64,000 nucleotides of DNA from the sequence record PZ386957.1. One strand, given 5' to 3'. This DNA is from a phage. Of this stretch, positions 26,854-34,961 are shown one piece after another; positions within the stretch are counted from its first letter, which is position 1, and each line of letters begins with the position of its first letter. The notes below the pieces were generated by a model that saw only the letters and a program-made list of their open reading frames with translations, made no database searches and had not been told where the DNA came from. Position numbers and translations under genes: made by a program.

Positions 26854-28086
26854 TTATACTGCCATCGGTGCTGGAATCGCTGGATGGCTTTGATAGTTGA
26901 GTATCTTAAAGTCTTTCGGAGTCTTTGTCAATACCTCATCTAAAGATTTAAATTCCGGTAGTTCAATTGTTGGTTTATCGAACGGAACACGTTTTAATTG
27001 CTCCATTGATTGTTCAAAGTGGTTTTTGTAAATGTGGCAATCGCCTACACTCATAACCAATTCACCAACTTCTAACCCGCAAATCTGGGCGATAATATGC
27101 GTTAACAGTGCATAGCTCGCAATGTTAAAAGACGCGCCTAAAAATAAATCTTGGCTGCGTTGCCACCACATACAAGACAGCTTACCATTATCTACATAGA
27201 ATTGCACCATCGGATGACATACGCCTAATACAGCATTATGTGTTCCTTGTACGTTCCATGAATCCATTACAATGCGACGACTATACGGATCATTCTTGAT
27301 TAAGTCAATCACGTTTTGTAACTGGTCTTCCCAAATCTTCGGGCGATAGACATATTCTTCATCGTCTTTGGTGCTCGATGTGTCTACGTCCATACTAGCA
27401 AAGATCGTGGTATCTGGTGCTAAAATATCCCCACCAAGATAATCACCATCAAGCAGATAACCGAAATAACCATCATCTACCCATTCCTGGAATCCCCACA
27501 AGCAATATGCATCATTAACAAAATTAGATTGAGTCTTCCAGTGGTCTGCTACTAAGAATAGATTATATTCAGAATCAAACTCTTCATAACGCATACCACG
27601 CCAGATAGCACATAAACGGCTTTCTGTTTCATTGGTTGGCGTAAAGTCTTCTACCCACGGGTGCTTAAATGTATGCGTGTATTTGCTTTTAACGCGCTTA
27701 ATTTTGATTTCACCGTATGGGTGAATCGGTTTGCGTCGCCATGCCATACCATACATATTACCAACATTATAACCGTTGAATCGTAGCGGATTCTTTTCTT
27801 TCATATCAAGACAGTTACCGCGCCAAATATCAAAGGCTTCTTCATCGAATTTACCGCGTGTGATTTCCTGCAATCGACGGCGGTCAAGTGATCCTTCCAT
27901 AAACCATAGCAATTCGCCAATTACAGAGGCTGTAGCCATCTTTTTAGTAGTCAGTAATGGGAAACCCTTGCTTAAATCAATTCGCATCTCTGCGCCGAAT
28001 TTAGAGAGCGTACCGACCCCCGTGCGGTCTTCACGAGGCCAGCCATTATCAAGAACATCACGCAACAGTTTCAAATATTCTTTCAT
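26854..28086 (-). CDS. td: thymidylate synthase (ThyA-type) with a large internal insertion; no intron
   Basis: ThyA motifs ...DRTGVGT..., catalytic VCHPMVQFYV, FNIASYALL; 410 aa, about 120 aa longer than typical ThyA. Confidence 0.8.
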   Translation of the reverse strand: MKEYLKLLRDVLDNGWPREDRTGVGTLSKFGAEMRIDLSKGFPLLTTKKMATASVIGELLWFMEGSLDRRRLQEITRGKFDEEAFDIWRGNCLDMKEKNPLRFNGYNVGNMYGMAWRRKPIHPYGEIKIKRVKSKYTHTFKHPWVEDFTPTNETESRLCAIWRGMRYEEFDSEYNLFLVADHWKTQSNFVNDAYCLWGFQEWVDDGYFGYLLDGDYLGGDILAPDTTIFASMDVDTSSTKDDEEYVYRPKIWEDQLQNVIDLIKNDPYSRRIVMDSWNVQGTHNAVLGVCHPMVQFYVDNGKLSCMWWQRSQDLFLGASFNIASYALLTHIIAQICGLEVGELVMSVGDCHIYKNHFEQSMEQLKRVPFDKPTIELPEFKSLDEVLTKTPKDFKILNYQSHPAIPAPMAV

Positions 28087-28345
28087 CCCACTTCACCTTT
28101 TTCTTATTGATTGCTTTCTTACGCAGTTTTGCTACTGTCTCGTCAATGTTGATAAAGACAACACCCGGATCGAATTCTGTAACTGGTCTTTCTATATCAC
28201 TGTTTTCCTGCACCGGAAGCCATGATGCTTTCGCTTCATCATAGAGATATTGTAAACCGTAATAATCTACGGATACTGCGTAGTTTTCACTGGTAGCCGA
28301 CCATAATTGAATAATGCTGATTTTCATTATTGTTCCCGTCCGCAA
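28058..28345 (-). CDS. hypothetical protein
   Basis: 95 aa ORF overlapping the td start. Confidence 0.35.
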   Translation of the reverse strand: MRTGTIMKISIIQLWSATSENYAVSVDYYGLQYLYDEAKASWLPVQENSDIERPVTEFDPGVVFINIDETVAKLRKKAINKKKVKWDERIFETVA

Positions 28346-28420
28346 TGTTTACAACGTCCACCGATAAACAGTAACACTTCACCGCAATGCTTGCACTCAT
28401 AATCTGTCAGAATTTTCATG

Positions 28421-29020
28421 TTACGCCTTCTTACGTTCTAAAATTTGTTCGCTGATCAGGTAATCATCAAGGAAGTAATTATGTTCTTCTTTTGTTGCAA
28501 AGTCAAAATATAATTCATGAATCATTTCCTTAGAGATACCAACATCATATTCAAACGGATCATTAATCCCTGCTCGTTGAACATATGTTAACACAATACG
28601 ATCCGCAAAGTCAACTGCTTTTTCAATCAGGGAAGGTCCACCGATAACACTTACCAAACCTTGCGTTTTCTCTAGGACTTTTAATAAATCCTTCAATTCA
28701 TTATCATTAGTAATCGCGGTATACACATCAGGTTGGTCGCCATTTTTTGTTTTCGGTGCTGGATTGCTTGTATCGGTGCTAACAACCACATTCAAACGTC
28801 CCCAAAGTGCTTTAGGCAGACTTTCAAAGGTATTACGTCCCATTACTACCGCAGCAAAATCAACCTCGCCAATAGTGCGAATTTTAAAGTTTTCCATATC
28901 CTTTTTGATTGGACGACCCCACGGTAAACCGCCTTTAAAACCAAAAGCCCAATTTTCATCCGACATTTTAGTGTCACCAATCGCAAATACACATTGAATC
29001 ATAATATAATCTCCTGTCAA
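28421..29020 (-). CDS. frd: dihydrofolate reductase
   Basis: DHFR-like N-terminus ...FAIGD... and GGPSLIE-type cofactor region; 199 aa (T4 Frd 193 aa); adjacent to td. Confidence 0.75.
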   Translation of the reverse strand: MTGDYIMIQCVFAIGDTKMSDENWAFGFKGGLPWGRPIKKDMENFKIRTIGEVDFAAVVMGRNTFESLPKALWGRLNVVVSTDTSNPAPKTKNGDQPDVYTAITNDNELKDLLKVLEKTQGLVSVIGGPSLIEKAVDFADRIVLTYVQRAGINDPFEYDVGISKEMIHELYFDFATKEEHNYFLDDYLISEQILERKKA

Positions 29021-29346
29021 ATCAGTTTAAAGAAGTTTTCGTTTACATTTTCTTCGTTAATTTCTGTTTTAAACACTGTGCCATCATCAGGGCAGACATA
29101 ATAGCGTTCTGAATAGTCACGATACTTTTTCAGTAGACTGACACCAACATTAACACCATTTTCCCAGAAACGGAAGATAATTTTATCGGCAGTGTAACGA
29201 TAATCACTTTGAATCAGGCTACCATCACCGCGACGAGACTCATAAATCGTAATACAATTGCGGTTGGCTGTATTAAGACATTCCTCGATAGTACCACAAG
29301 ACAGAATTTCGATTGATCCGTTAACTTCTTGTTCTACAGTCCACAT
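29017..29346 (-). CDS. hypothetical protein (start trimmed to internal Met)
   Basis: SD GTGAGGA precedes the internal ATG (MWTVEQ...); the ORF-track N-terminus is leader read-through. Confidence 0.4.
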   Translation of the reverse strand: MWTVEQEVNGSIEILSCGTIEECLNTANRNCITIYESRRGDGSLIQSDYRYTADKIIFRFWENGVNVGVSLLKKYRDYSERYYVCPDDGTVFKTEINEENVNENFFKLI

Positions 29347-29393
29347 AATGTAATCCTCACTTTGTTTCGATGTATGCATTATACAATACTATG

Positions 29394-30830
29394 TTACTTT
29401 GTCAACTCTTTTTCAAAAGATTTTACGATATACATGATGGTGCTCAATTCGGACGGTGCTACTGTCTCTGTGTAGCCATCCGGCATATCTTCTTTTGAGA
29501 TATAGGAAGTTTTACCTTTCATCGCTTCCTTGATTTTGTTCTCTAAGTCTAAGATCTTTTGTCCGTCTTGTAAAGTCAATTCATAAAAGATCTCGTGGTC
29601 GAACTTAGAAACGCGAGATTGTTGTCTCATCCTTTTGACCGCATCTTTATTTGTAATTCCAAATTTAACACCAACAAAAGAATTTTTGTATATTAATTTT
29701 TGTACATATAAACACCCACTTATAACAGTAGAATAACCAGATTTTGCGCAATTTGGACACCTGTGCCCATGAGAGACAAACTTATTATATGTGCTTTGAT
29801 ATAAGTGGTTATTTGGACACATGAATTCGATTTTCGTCTTCATCACCCCAATATATTTTCCACCAACAAACCTCAAAAATTTATGTTCTTTTGCAACAGA
29901 TTTTATTTCATCAACTACTGCTTCTTCTGTTTTTAAAGTCACCCCTTGACAAATCGCACATTTACTTCCTTTGATTAAAGAAGAAAATGACACAATATAA
30001 TCATGACCTTTTTCACATCTCATATTAAGTTTTGTTGTTACACCTTTATATTTTCCGCCAACAAAACCCAAAAAAGTATAAGACCCTTTTTTCTTGATGA
30101 TTTCTTTTATCGCTTCATTTTCGTTTCGACGAATTCCACCATAGCAAAACTCGCAGCGACATTTTTTGATGACGTTGGATACTTTTCTGTTATAGATGTG
30201 ACCTTCTTTACACATTAAAGATACTAATAAATCGGATGTAACCTTATCTTTATTGTTTTCTACACACAATACTGTATCATTCGTCGAAGTTGCCAATCGA
30301 TTTAATAATTCTTTTTCTTGTATTCTTTTTTCCTTACCGATTTTATTGTAGAAGCATTTAGCACATTTACGTCCACTTATATATGAAATATATGACGTTT
30401 CATATATATGTCCTCGGTCACACATAACACGAAGTTTCGTTTTTGTAGATCCTATATATTTTCCACCAACAAATTCAATAAATTTATAGTCGGTTCTTTT
30501 ATCTATGTTATTTCTAGCTTTATGTTCACTAATAGGATTCCTGTTTGAATTCGCGCATCGCAAGCATCTTTTTCCTTGAGATAAAGATGTTATTGTCGTT
30601 TCGTATAAGTGTCCATTTGAGCACGTTAATGAAATTTTAGTTTTACTACCCTTCCAATCATCAATAAACCCGTTAAACGTATAATTGTTATCTTCGCACA
30701 TTTTAATGATCATTTGTTCATATTCTTTCGGTGATTTAGCCAGCCCATGCAGCTTTTTTACTTGTGCGTCTTTATAAAAATAAGTTTTCATCATTTTATC
30801 CTCCGTTGTTTCGATGTGTGTATTATACAT
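29394..30830 (-). CDS. five tandem Cys4 zinc-ribbon repeats plus C-terminal T5orf172/GIY-YIG-like domain protein
   Basis: Five repeats of ~FxGGKYxGxxTK...CxxGHxY...GxxCxxC, then GCLYVQKL...VGVKFGITNKDAVKR...DGYTETV. Confidence 0.5.
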   Translation of the reverse strand: MYNTHIETTEDKMMKTYFYKDAQVKKLHGLAKSPKEYEQMIIKMCEDNNYTFNGFIDDWKGSKTKISLTCSNGHLYETTITSLSQGKRCLRCANSNRNPISEHKARNNIDKRTDYKFIEFVGGKYIGSTKTKLRVMCDRGHIYETSYISYISGRKCAKCFYNKIGKEKRIQEKELLNRLATSTNDTVLCVENNKDKVTSDLLVSLMCKEGHIYNRKVSNVIKKCRCEFCYGGIRRNENEAIKEIIKKKGSYTFLGFVGGKYKGVTTKLNMRCEKGHDYIVSFSSLIKGSKCAICQGVTLKTEEAVVDEIKSVAKEHKFLRFVGGKYIGVMKTKIEFMCPNNHLYQSTYNKFVSHGHRCPNCAKSGYSTVISGCLYVQKLIYKNSFVGVKFGITNKDAVKRMRQQSRVSKFDHEIFYELTLQDGQKILDLENKIKEAMKGKTSYISKEDMPDGYTETVAPSELSTIMYIVKSFEKELTK

Positions 30831-30881
30831 TACCGTATCAGCATGTCAACACTTTTTTATAAATTTTTAGGCAATAAAAAA

Positions 30882-30899
30882 GCCTCCCCGAAGGGAGGC
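30882..30899 (-). terminator. rho-independent terminator downstream of gene 32
   Basis: GCCTCCC-cgaa-GGGAGGC hairpin with adjacent T-run on the - strand. Confidence 0.65.
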
Positions 30900-30910
30900 C
30901 GTAAAATTCA

Positions 30911-31879
30911 TTAAAGATTCAGGAGAGAATCAAGATCATCAAGATCAGAAGCGGAAGAAGTACCGCCACTCAGGTCCAGAGATGCCATCAGATCATCAGC
31001 GGAAGAATCTGACGCCGTGCTAGCTGCGGTAATACCAGAATCGAATGCATTTAAAGCAGCGTCAAAATCATCAAGCTGGCTGTTAATAGCTGCCGCAGCA
31101 CCAGAAGCCGAAGCACCAGCTACCAGACTTACACCTTTAACTTTCTTAAATTTAGCATCCAGTTCCTCAAAAGATTTAAACTGGTCTTTTGCTACGATAA
31201 CATCAATATCTACCATGTTTTCGAACAGATATTTCTGGAATGCTTCATCTTCGATGTTCGGAATCGCTGATTGCTGCATGAAACGTGAATCATCGTAGTT
31301 CAGGAATTTATCTACTTTCTTAGCTTTCAGAAGGAAGTTAGCGCCTTCGAACGGACATACGATGTTTACAGGTTTTTCGCCCAATTCCGTGTTTACGTTG
31401 CTCATTGCCAGAATCTTGTCATAAATTTTCTTACCGAAGCGGAATTTAAATACTTTACCTTCGTTTTCCGGCGCTTTCGGATCTTTCATTACCAGAATGT
31501 TTGCGAAGTAAGAAGATTTACGCTTAACATCTTGATATTCTTTATTGTTGGTGTTGTACAGGTCATTTTCGCTAATGTATTTGCACACAGGGCAAGAATC
31601 AAAATCACCGTGGGTGCTAGGGCAGTTTTCCCAATAATACTTACCATTTACTTTGAAAGAATGGTTTACAAGGTTGATGATCGGTAAACCGTCTTCGGTG
31701 CGTGCTGGAAGAAAACGAATCACCGCTTCACCGTTACCCGCCGCGTCAGTTTTAATCTTCCACTCTTTCGGATCTTCTTTGGAGAAGCCGTTGCTACCTT
31801 TCAGTGCTGCCAGTTGAGCTTGCAGTTTGGAAGAATCTTGACGACGAAAAATGTTCATAATTATACCTCTTTTATACAT
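30911..31879 (-). CDS. 32: single-stranded DNA-binding protein gp32
   Basis: Zn-binding region [27 protein letters not shown]; acidic Ser/Asp-rich C-terminus; 322 aa. Confidence 0.85.
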   Translation of the reverse strand: MYKRGIIMNIFRRQDSSKLQAQLAALKGSNGFSKEDPKEWKIKTDAAGNGEAVIRFLPARTEDGLPIINLVNHSFKVNGKYYWENCPSTHGDFDSCPVCKYISENDLYNTNNKEYQDVKRKSSYFANILVMKDPKAPENEGKVFKFRFGKKIYDKILAMSNVNTELGEKPVNIVCPFEGANFLLKAKKVDKFLNYDDSRFMQQSAIPNIEDEAFQKYLFENMVDIDVIVAKDQFKSFEELDAKFKKVKGVSLVAGASASGAAAAINSQLDDFDAALNAFDSGITAASTASDSSADDLMASLDLSGGTSSASDLDDLDSLLNL

Positions 31880-31924
31880 TAACTATTAATTTGCTAGATT
31901 ATTATACAGATTTAAATTTACTTG

Positions 31925-32605
31925 TCAACTATTTGTTTCGGCTTTTAATTGAGATATTTCTTTACACTCTTTAACTACTTTAACAAATAATGCTCTTGCT
32001 TTTGCGGCGTCAATAACAAGTAGTTTCTTGTACGCCTTCATTTTAACACTGTAAGTTTGCCAAATCAAGTCTTTGGCTACCTTGTCGTGTTCGTCGATTA
32101 TATTTAGAAAGCTATCTAACAACATAAACGACTCAAACGATATAATCCGATTTTGCAGTAGTTTAAAAATACCGCTTGTTTCGGTTGCGGGATTATATGT
32201 AATTAGCTCTTTAAGAGTAACCCCGCGTTTCTCTGAGAAGTATACCAGACTTTTAATGTCATCGTCAAATCGTGTTGCAGCATCAGTGATCTTACCGATA
32301 TACTCCATGTAAAATCCGTATGCGTCAACATCAGTGATTTCACCTACCCATGCATCGGTATTAGCTACCAGATTGCTTAGGAATAGGAAGTATAATTCTC
32401 TTAGATTGTACTTATCCGCTAATTTCGCGAAATAATACTTATCTCTGCGTTTATTGAATGCGGCATCAGACAACCGCATCCTCCAATTATATTTTACGCA
32501 ATCATAACGCCCGTTCATATGAGCTTTCATCATGCAATATAACATATACACAGATTTAGCATTAACTCGCATATCTGGATCTGGAGGAAGACGGTTTCTG
32601 ATCAT
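31925..32605 (-). CDS. 59: helicase loader gp59
   Basis: 226 aa with strings recalled from T4 gp59 (KSVY.LY.M...HMNG.YD..KYNW.MR.SDAA..KRRDKY, FISNLVAN.DAW). Confidence 0.75.
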   Translation of the reverse strand: MIRNRLPPDPDMRVNAKSVYMLYCMMKAHMNGRYDCVKYNWRMRLSDAAFNKRRDKYYFAKLADKYNLRELYFLFLSNLVANTDAWVGEITDVDAYGFYMEYIGKITDAATRFDDDIKSLVYFSEKRGVTLKELITYNPATETSGIFKLLQNRIISFESFMLLDSFLNIIDEHDKVAKDLIWQTYSVKMKAYKKLLVIDAAKARALFVKVVKECKEISQLKAETNS

Positions 32606-32614
32606 ACATACCCC

Positions 32615-32884
32615 TTAAATATCGAGAGTGTTGGTCGGTTCGTCGATCACTCCCTTCCTGAGCGTTCTATTTACTATACATTCTTGTGTGATCTTGTCAA
32701 TAATGGACACCGGAATATATTTCTGATAGTGACCATATTCTATAGAGTTTTCCTCTACAAACTGCGTTGTTGCTTCAAGATAAGTCAATCCCTCTTCAAC
32801 AACCAGTTTTTCGATTGCAAGACCGTTTGCTGTTTTGTTCGCGGCTTTTACCGCATGTTCATTAAGCATTGAACACCCGATCAT
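32615..32884 (-). CDS. 33: putative late transcription co-activator gp33 (positional)
   Basis: 89 aa ORF between dsbA and 59, as in T4; no diagnostic motif. Confidence 0.35.
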   Translation of the reverse strand: MIGCSMLNEHAVKAANKTANGLAIEKLVVEEGLTYLEATTQFVEENSIEYGHYQKYIPVSIIDKITQECIVNRTLRKGVIDEPTNTLDI

Positions 32885-33137
32885 AGAGTTCTACCGCCTC
32901 GTCGCGTTCTTCTTCGAATTGTTCGCGCTGCTGCTGGTGATACAGCTTAAACAGGATACCCCACATTTTACCGTCTACGCCCAATTCTTCTTTGGCGCGT
33001 TTCTTGATTTCCTTGATCTTATCGCCGTAGGCTTCTTGAATGGTTTTCTGATCGCTGGCTTCTTTAATCAGTTGTGCCAGGGTATTGCCGTGAATAGACT
33101 CGTCGAATACTACTTTATCTGCTTTTTGTTCAGTCAT
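32862..33137 (-). CDS. dsbA: dsDNA-binding protein DsbA (positional)
   Basis: 91 aa, helical and charged; position matches T4 dsbA. Confidence 0.45.
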   Translation of the reverse strand: MTEQKADKVVFDESIHGNTLAQLIKEASDQKTIQEAYGDKIKEIKKRAKEELGVDGKMWGILFKLYHQQQREQFEEERDEAVELYDRVFNA

Positions 33138-33141
33138 AATA

Positions 33142-33744
33142 TTAACCCTCTTTACTAATTAATTGAAAACCACGTTCAGCTTTAGAAATCGTGCTAGGTT
33201 GTAAATCAGCGTTCACATATTCTAGCATCATTTCTCTGATAATGTCAAGTGCTTTTTCGTCACCTGATTTTAATTCGAACTCAAGTTCATAATGAGTATT
33301 AACAGCATCGAATTCACCATATACATCTCCATAGTAGAAATTGTCTTTGCACATTTCTACTATACCATATCCAACATCAAGTGTAAACACCCTGCGATTT
33401 GTCATTACTTGCAATCGCGGTAAAACATTATTGGAGTTTATGTCTAGACCATCAACAAACTTATCAAAATCAGAAAATGTTGAAAATGTAATTTCTTCTC
33501 GGTTGAATAACCCAGATTCACTACCACCAAACTTGACCATGATCAATTCTTTTTCAACGTCAAGTCGTGCGTAAATTCCTTTACGTCGTAGTGCTAGGTC
33601 ATCGGTGTCATAATAAAATTCGTTTTTGGTGTAGGCATTTCTGCTTACAATATGATAACCATCACACATTGCTACCCACGCATCTAATATAGAATCTTCA
33701 CCATCACATGAGCTTGCGTAGTATTTTAATTCAAGTTCTTTCAT
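33142..33744 (-). CDS. CYTH-like (triphosphate tunnel metalloenzyme / class IV adenylyl cyclase-like) domain protein
   Basis: N-terminal ExExK-type strand MKELELKYY, C-terminal YELEFELK, ~200 aa, consistent with a CYTH fold; an extra gene between rnh and dsbA relative to T4. Confidence 0.45.
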   Translation of the reverse strand: MKELELKYYASSCDGEDSILDAWVAMCDGYHIVSRNAYTKNEFYYDTDDLALRRKGIYARLDVEKELIMVKFGGSESGLFNREEITFSTFSDFDKFVDGLDINSNNVLPRLQVMTNRRVFTLDVGYGIVEMCKDNFYYGDVYGEFDAVNTHYELEFELKSGDEKALDIIREMMLEYVNADLQPSTISKAERGFQLISKEG

Positions 33745-33754
33745 ATGTCAACCC

Positions 33755-34702
33755 TTAGAATTCCCCTATTTTCTGCAACATTTTAACTAACGCATTTGTT
33801 ACAAAATAGTTATAAATTTTACCGCGTGGTGCTGGTTTAGATTTTTCCCATGACTCCAGAATCTGATTCTGGATATTGTCTGGGATCTCGTCAAAGTCAA
33901 TCAACTGACGGTTTTCATCAAATCGGCGTGCTTCTTCCTCTGTCATCAAAGACTTAGGATCTTCGGCATCGAAAATTTGCTCTAACCATTTGGTCGCAAC
34001 TGGTTTAGCTCGTTCACCTTCCAATCGAGAGATAATAAAATCACTACGGCACTTGACAGAAGCTACACCGTCTTTTGCGTCACCCTTAACACATTTTACC
34101 ATAAGGTCTTTGTACGGGCTACCATATTTGCATTTCTTCCATGCTTTTTGTACTGGTGCCCACTGCTTCACATTTTTGTATTTGTGTAACTGAGTGTAGT
34201 CACCGTCGCCGGAGTTAATAAGAACTTGACGTCCTTCAATAGAAAACTTTTTAGTTAATACAGCGATTATATCATCAGCTTCAACTTTGTCAACCTTAAT
34301 AACGTGATAAGGCATGTTTTCTTTAAACTCTTCGGTGATCTTATTGATCGCAGCAAAGATCATATCCCAATCACGCGGATCTGCGTCTCGCTTTTCCTTA
34401 CGGTTGCGCTTGTAATAAGGTGCAATATCGCGTCGCCAGTAACCTTTGCTCGAATCAAATGCAAGTACCGTAATCGGGTATTGCTCTTTGAATTTTGTCA
34501 TATTATAACGCATGGTGTCAAGGATAAGATGACGGATCATGCCTTCACTAATAGGATCTTCCGGTTTAAAGGTATGCGAGATAGTAGCAATCATAAGCTG
34601 TGACATATCAATCAAATGCACACCTTCCGGCAGTTTATCTTCTGGATCATCAAAAAAATCATTAAGTGTAGCGGTAGTTTTTGTAAACGGGTTATACGTC
34701 AT
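33755..34702 (-). CDS. rnh: RNase H / 5'-3' flap exonuclease
   Basis: 315 aa (T4 RNase H 305 aa); FEN-like acidic clusters; located upstream of the 34 region. Confidence 0.75.
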   Translation of the reverse strand: MTYNPFTKTTATLNDFFDDPEDKLPEGVHLIDMSQLMIATISHTFKPEDPISEGMIRHLILDTMRYNMTKFKEQYPITVLAFDSSKGYWRRDIAPYYKRNRKEKRDADPRDWDMIFAAINKITEEFKENMPYHVIKVDKVEADDIIAVLTKKFSIEGRQVLINSGDGDYTQLHKYKNVKQWAPVQKAWKKCKYGSPYKDLMVKCVKGDAKDGVASVKCRSDFIISRLEGERAKPVATKWLEQIFDAEDPKSLMTEEEARRFDENRQLIDFDEIPDNIQNQILESWEKSKPAPRGKIYNYFVTNALVKMLQKIGEF

Positions 34703-34704
34703 AA

Positions 34705-34890
34705 TTAAGTTCTCTCCACTCTCACAACAACATATTCGCCAAACGAGCTAGATACTTCACGGTCATATCCGTACTTCTCCATAACTCGCAGAATTGCATT
34801 GTTTAATTCAGCACGAAAATAATTGTAATCCTTATCGGGGATTCTGTCAACTATCCATTTTGCACCATCTGACAAATCAACTTTAACCAT
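34705..34890 (-). CDS. hypothetical small protein
   Basis: 61 aa ORF. Confidence 0.3.
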   Translation of the reverse strand: MVKVDLSDGAKWIVDRIPDKDYNYFRAELNNAILRVMEKYGYDREVSSSFGEYVVVRVERT

Positions 34891-34925
34891 ATTATCACCC
34901 TCTTATTATTTGTCAAGTCTCATTT

Positions 34926-34933
34926 TATAAATA
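34926..34933 (+). promoter_or_regulatory. T4-type late promoter (TATAAATA) for gene 34
   Basis: tttTATAAATAat about 30 nt upstream of the gp34 start. Confidence 0.6.
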
Positions 34934-34961
34934 ATCTCATACTATAACAGGAGATCATATA

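Noticed and set aside
26854-28086. Group I intron in td (as in T4)
   Set aside because: The ORF is continuous across the whole ThyA fold with no in-frame stop or loss of conserved motifs. The extra length is an in-frame protein insertion, not an intron.
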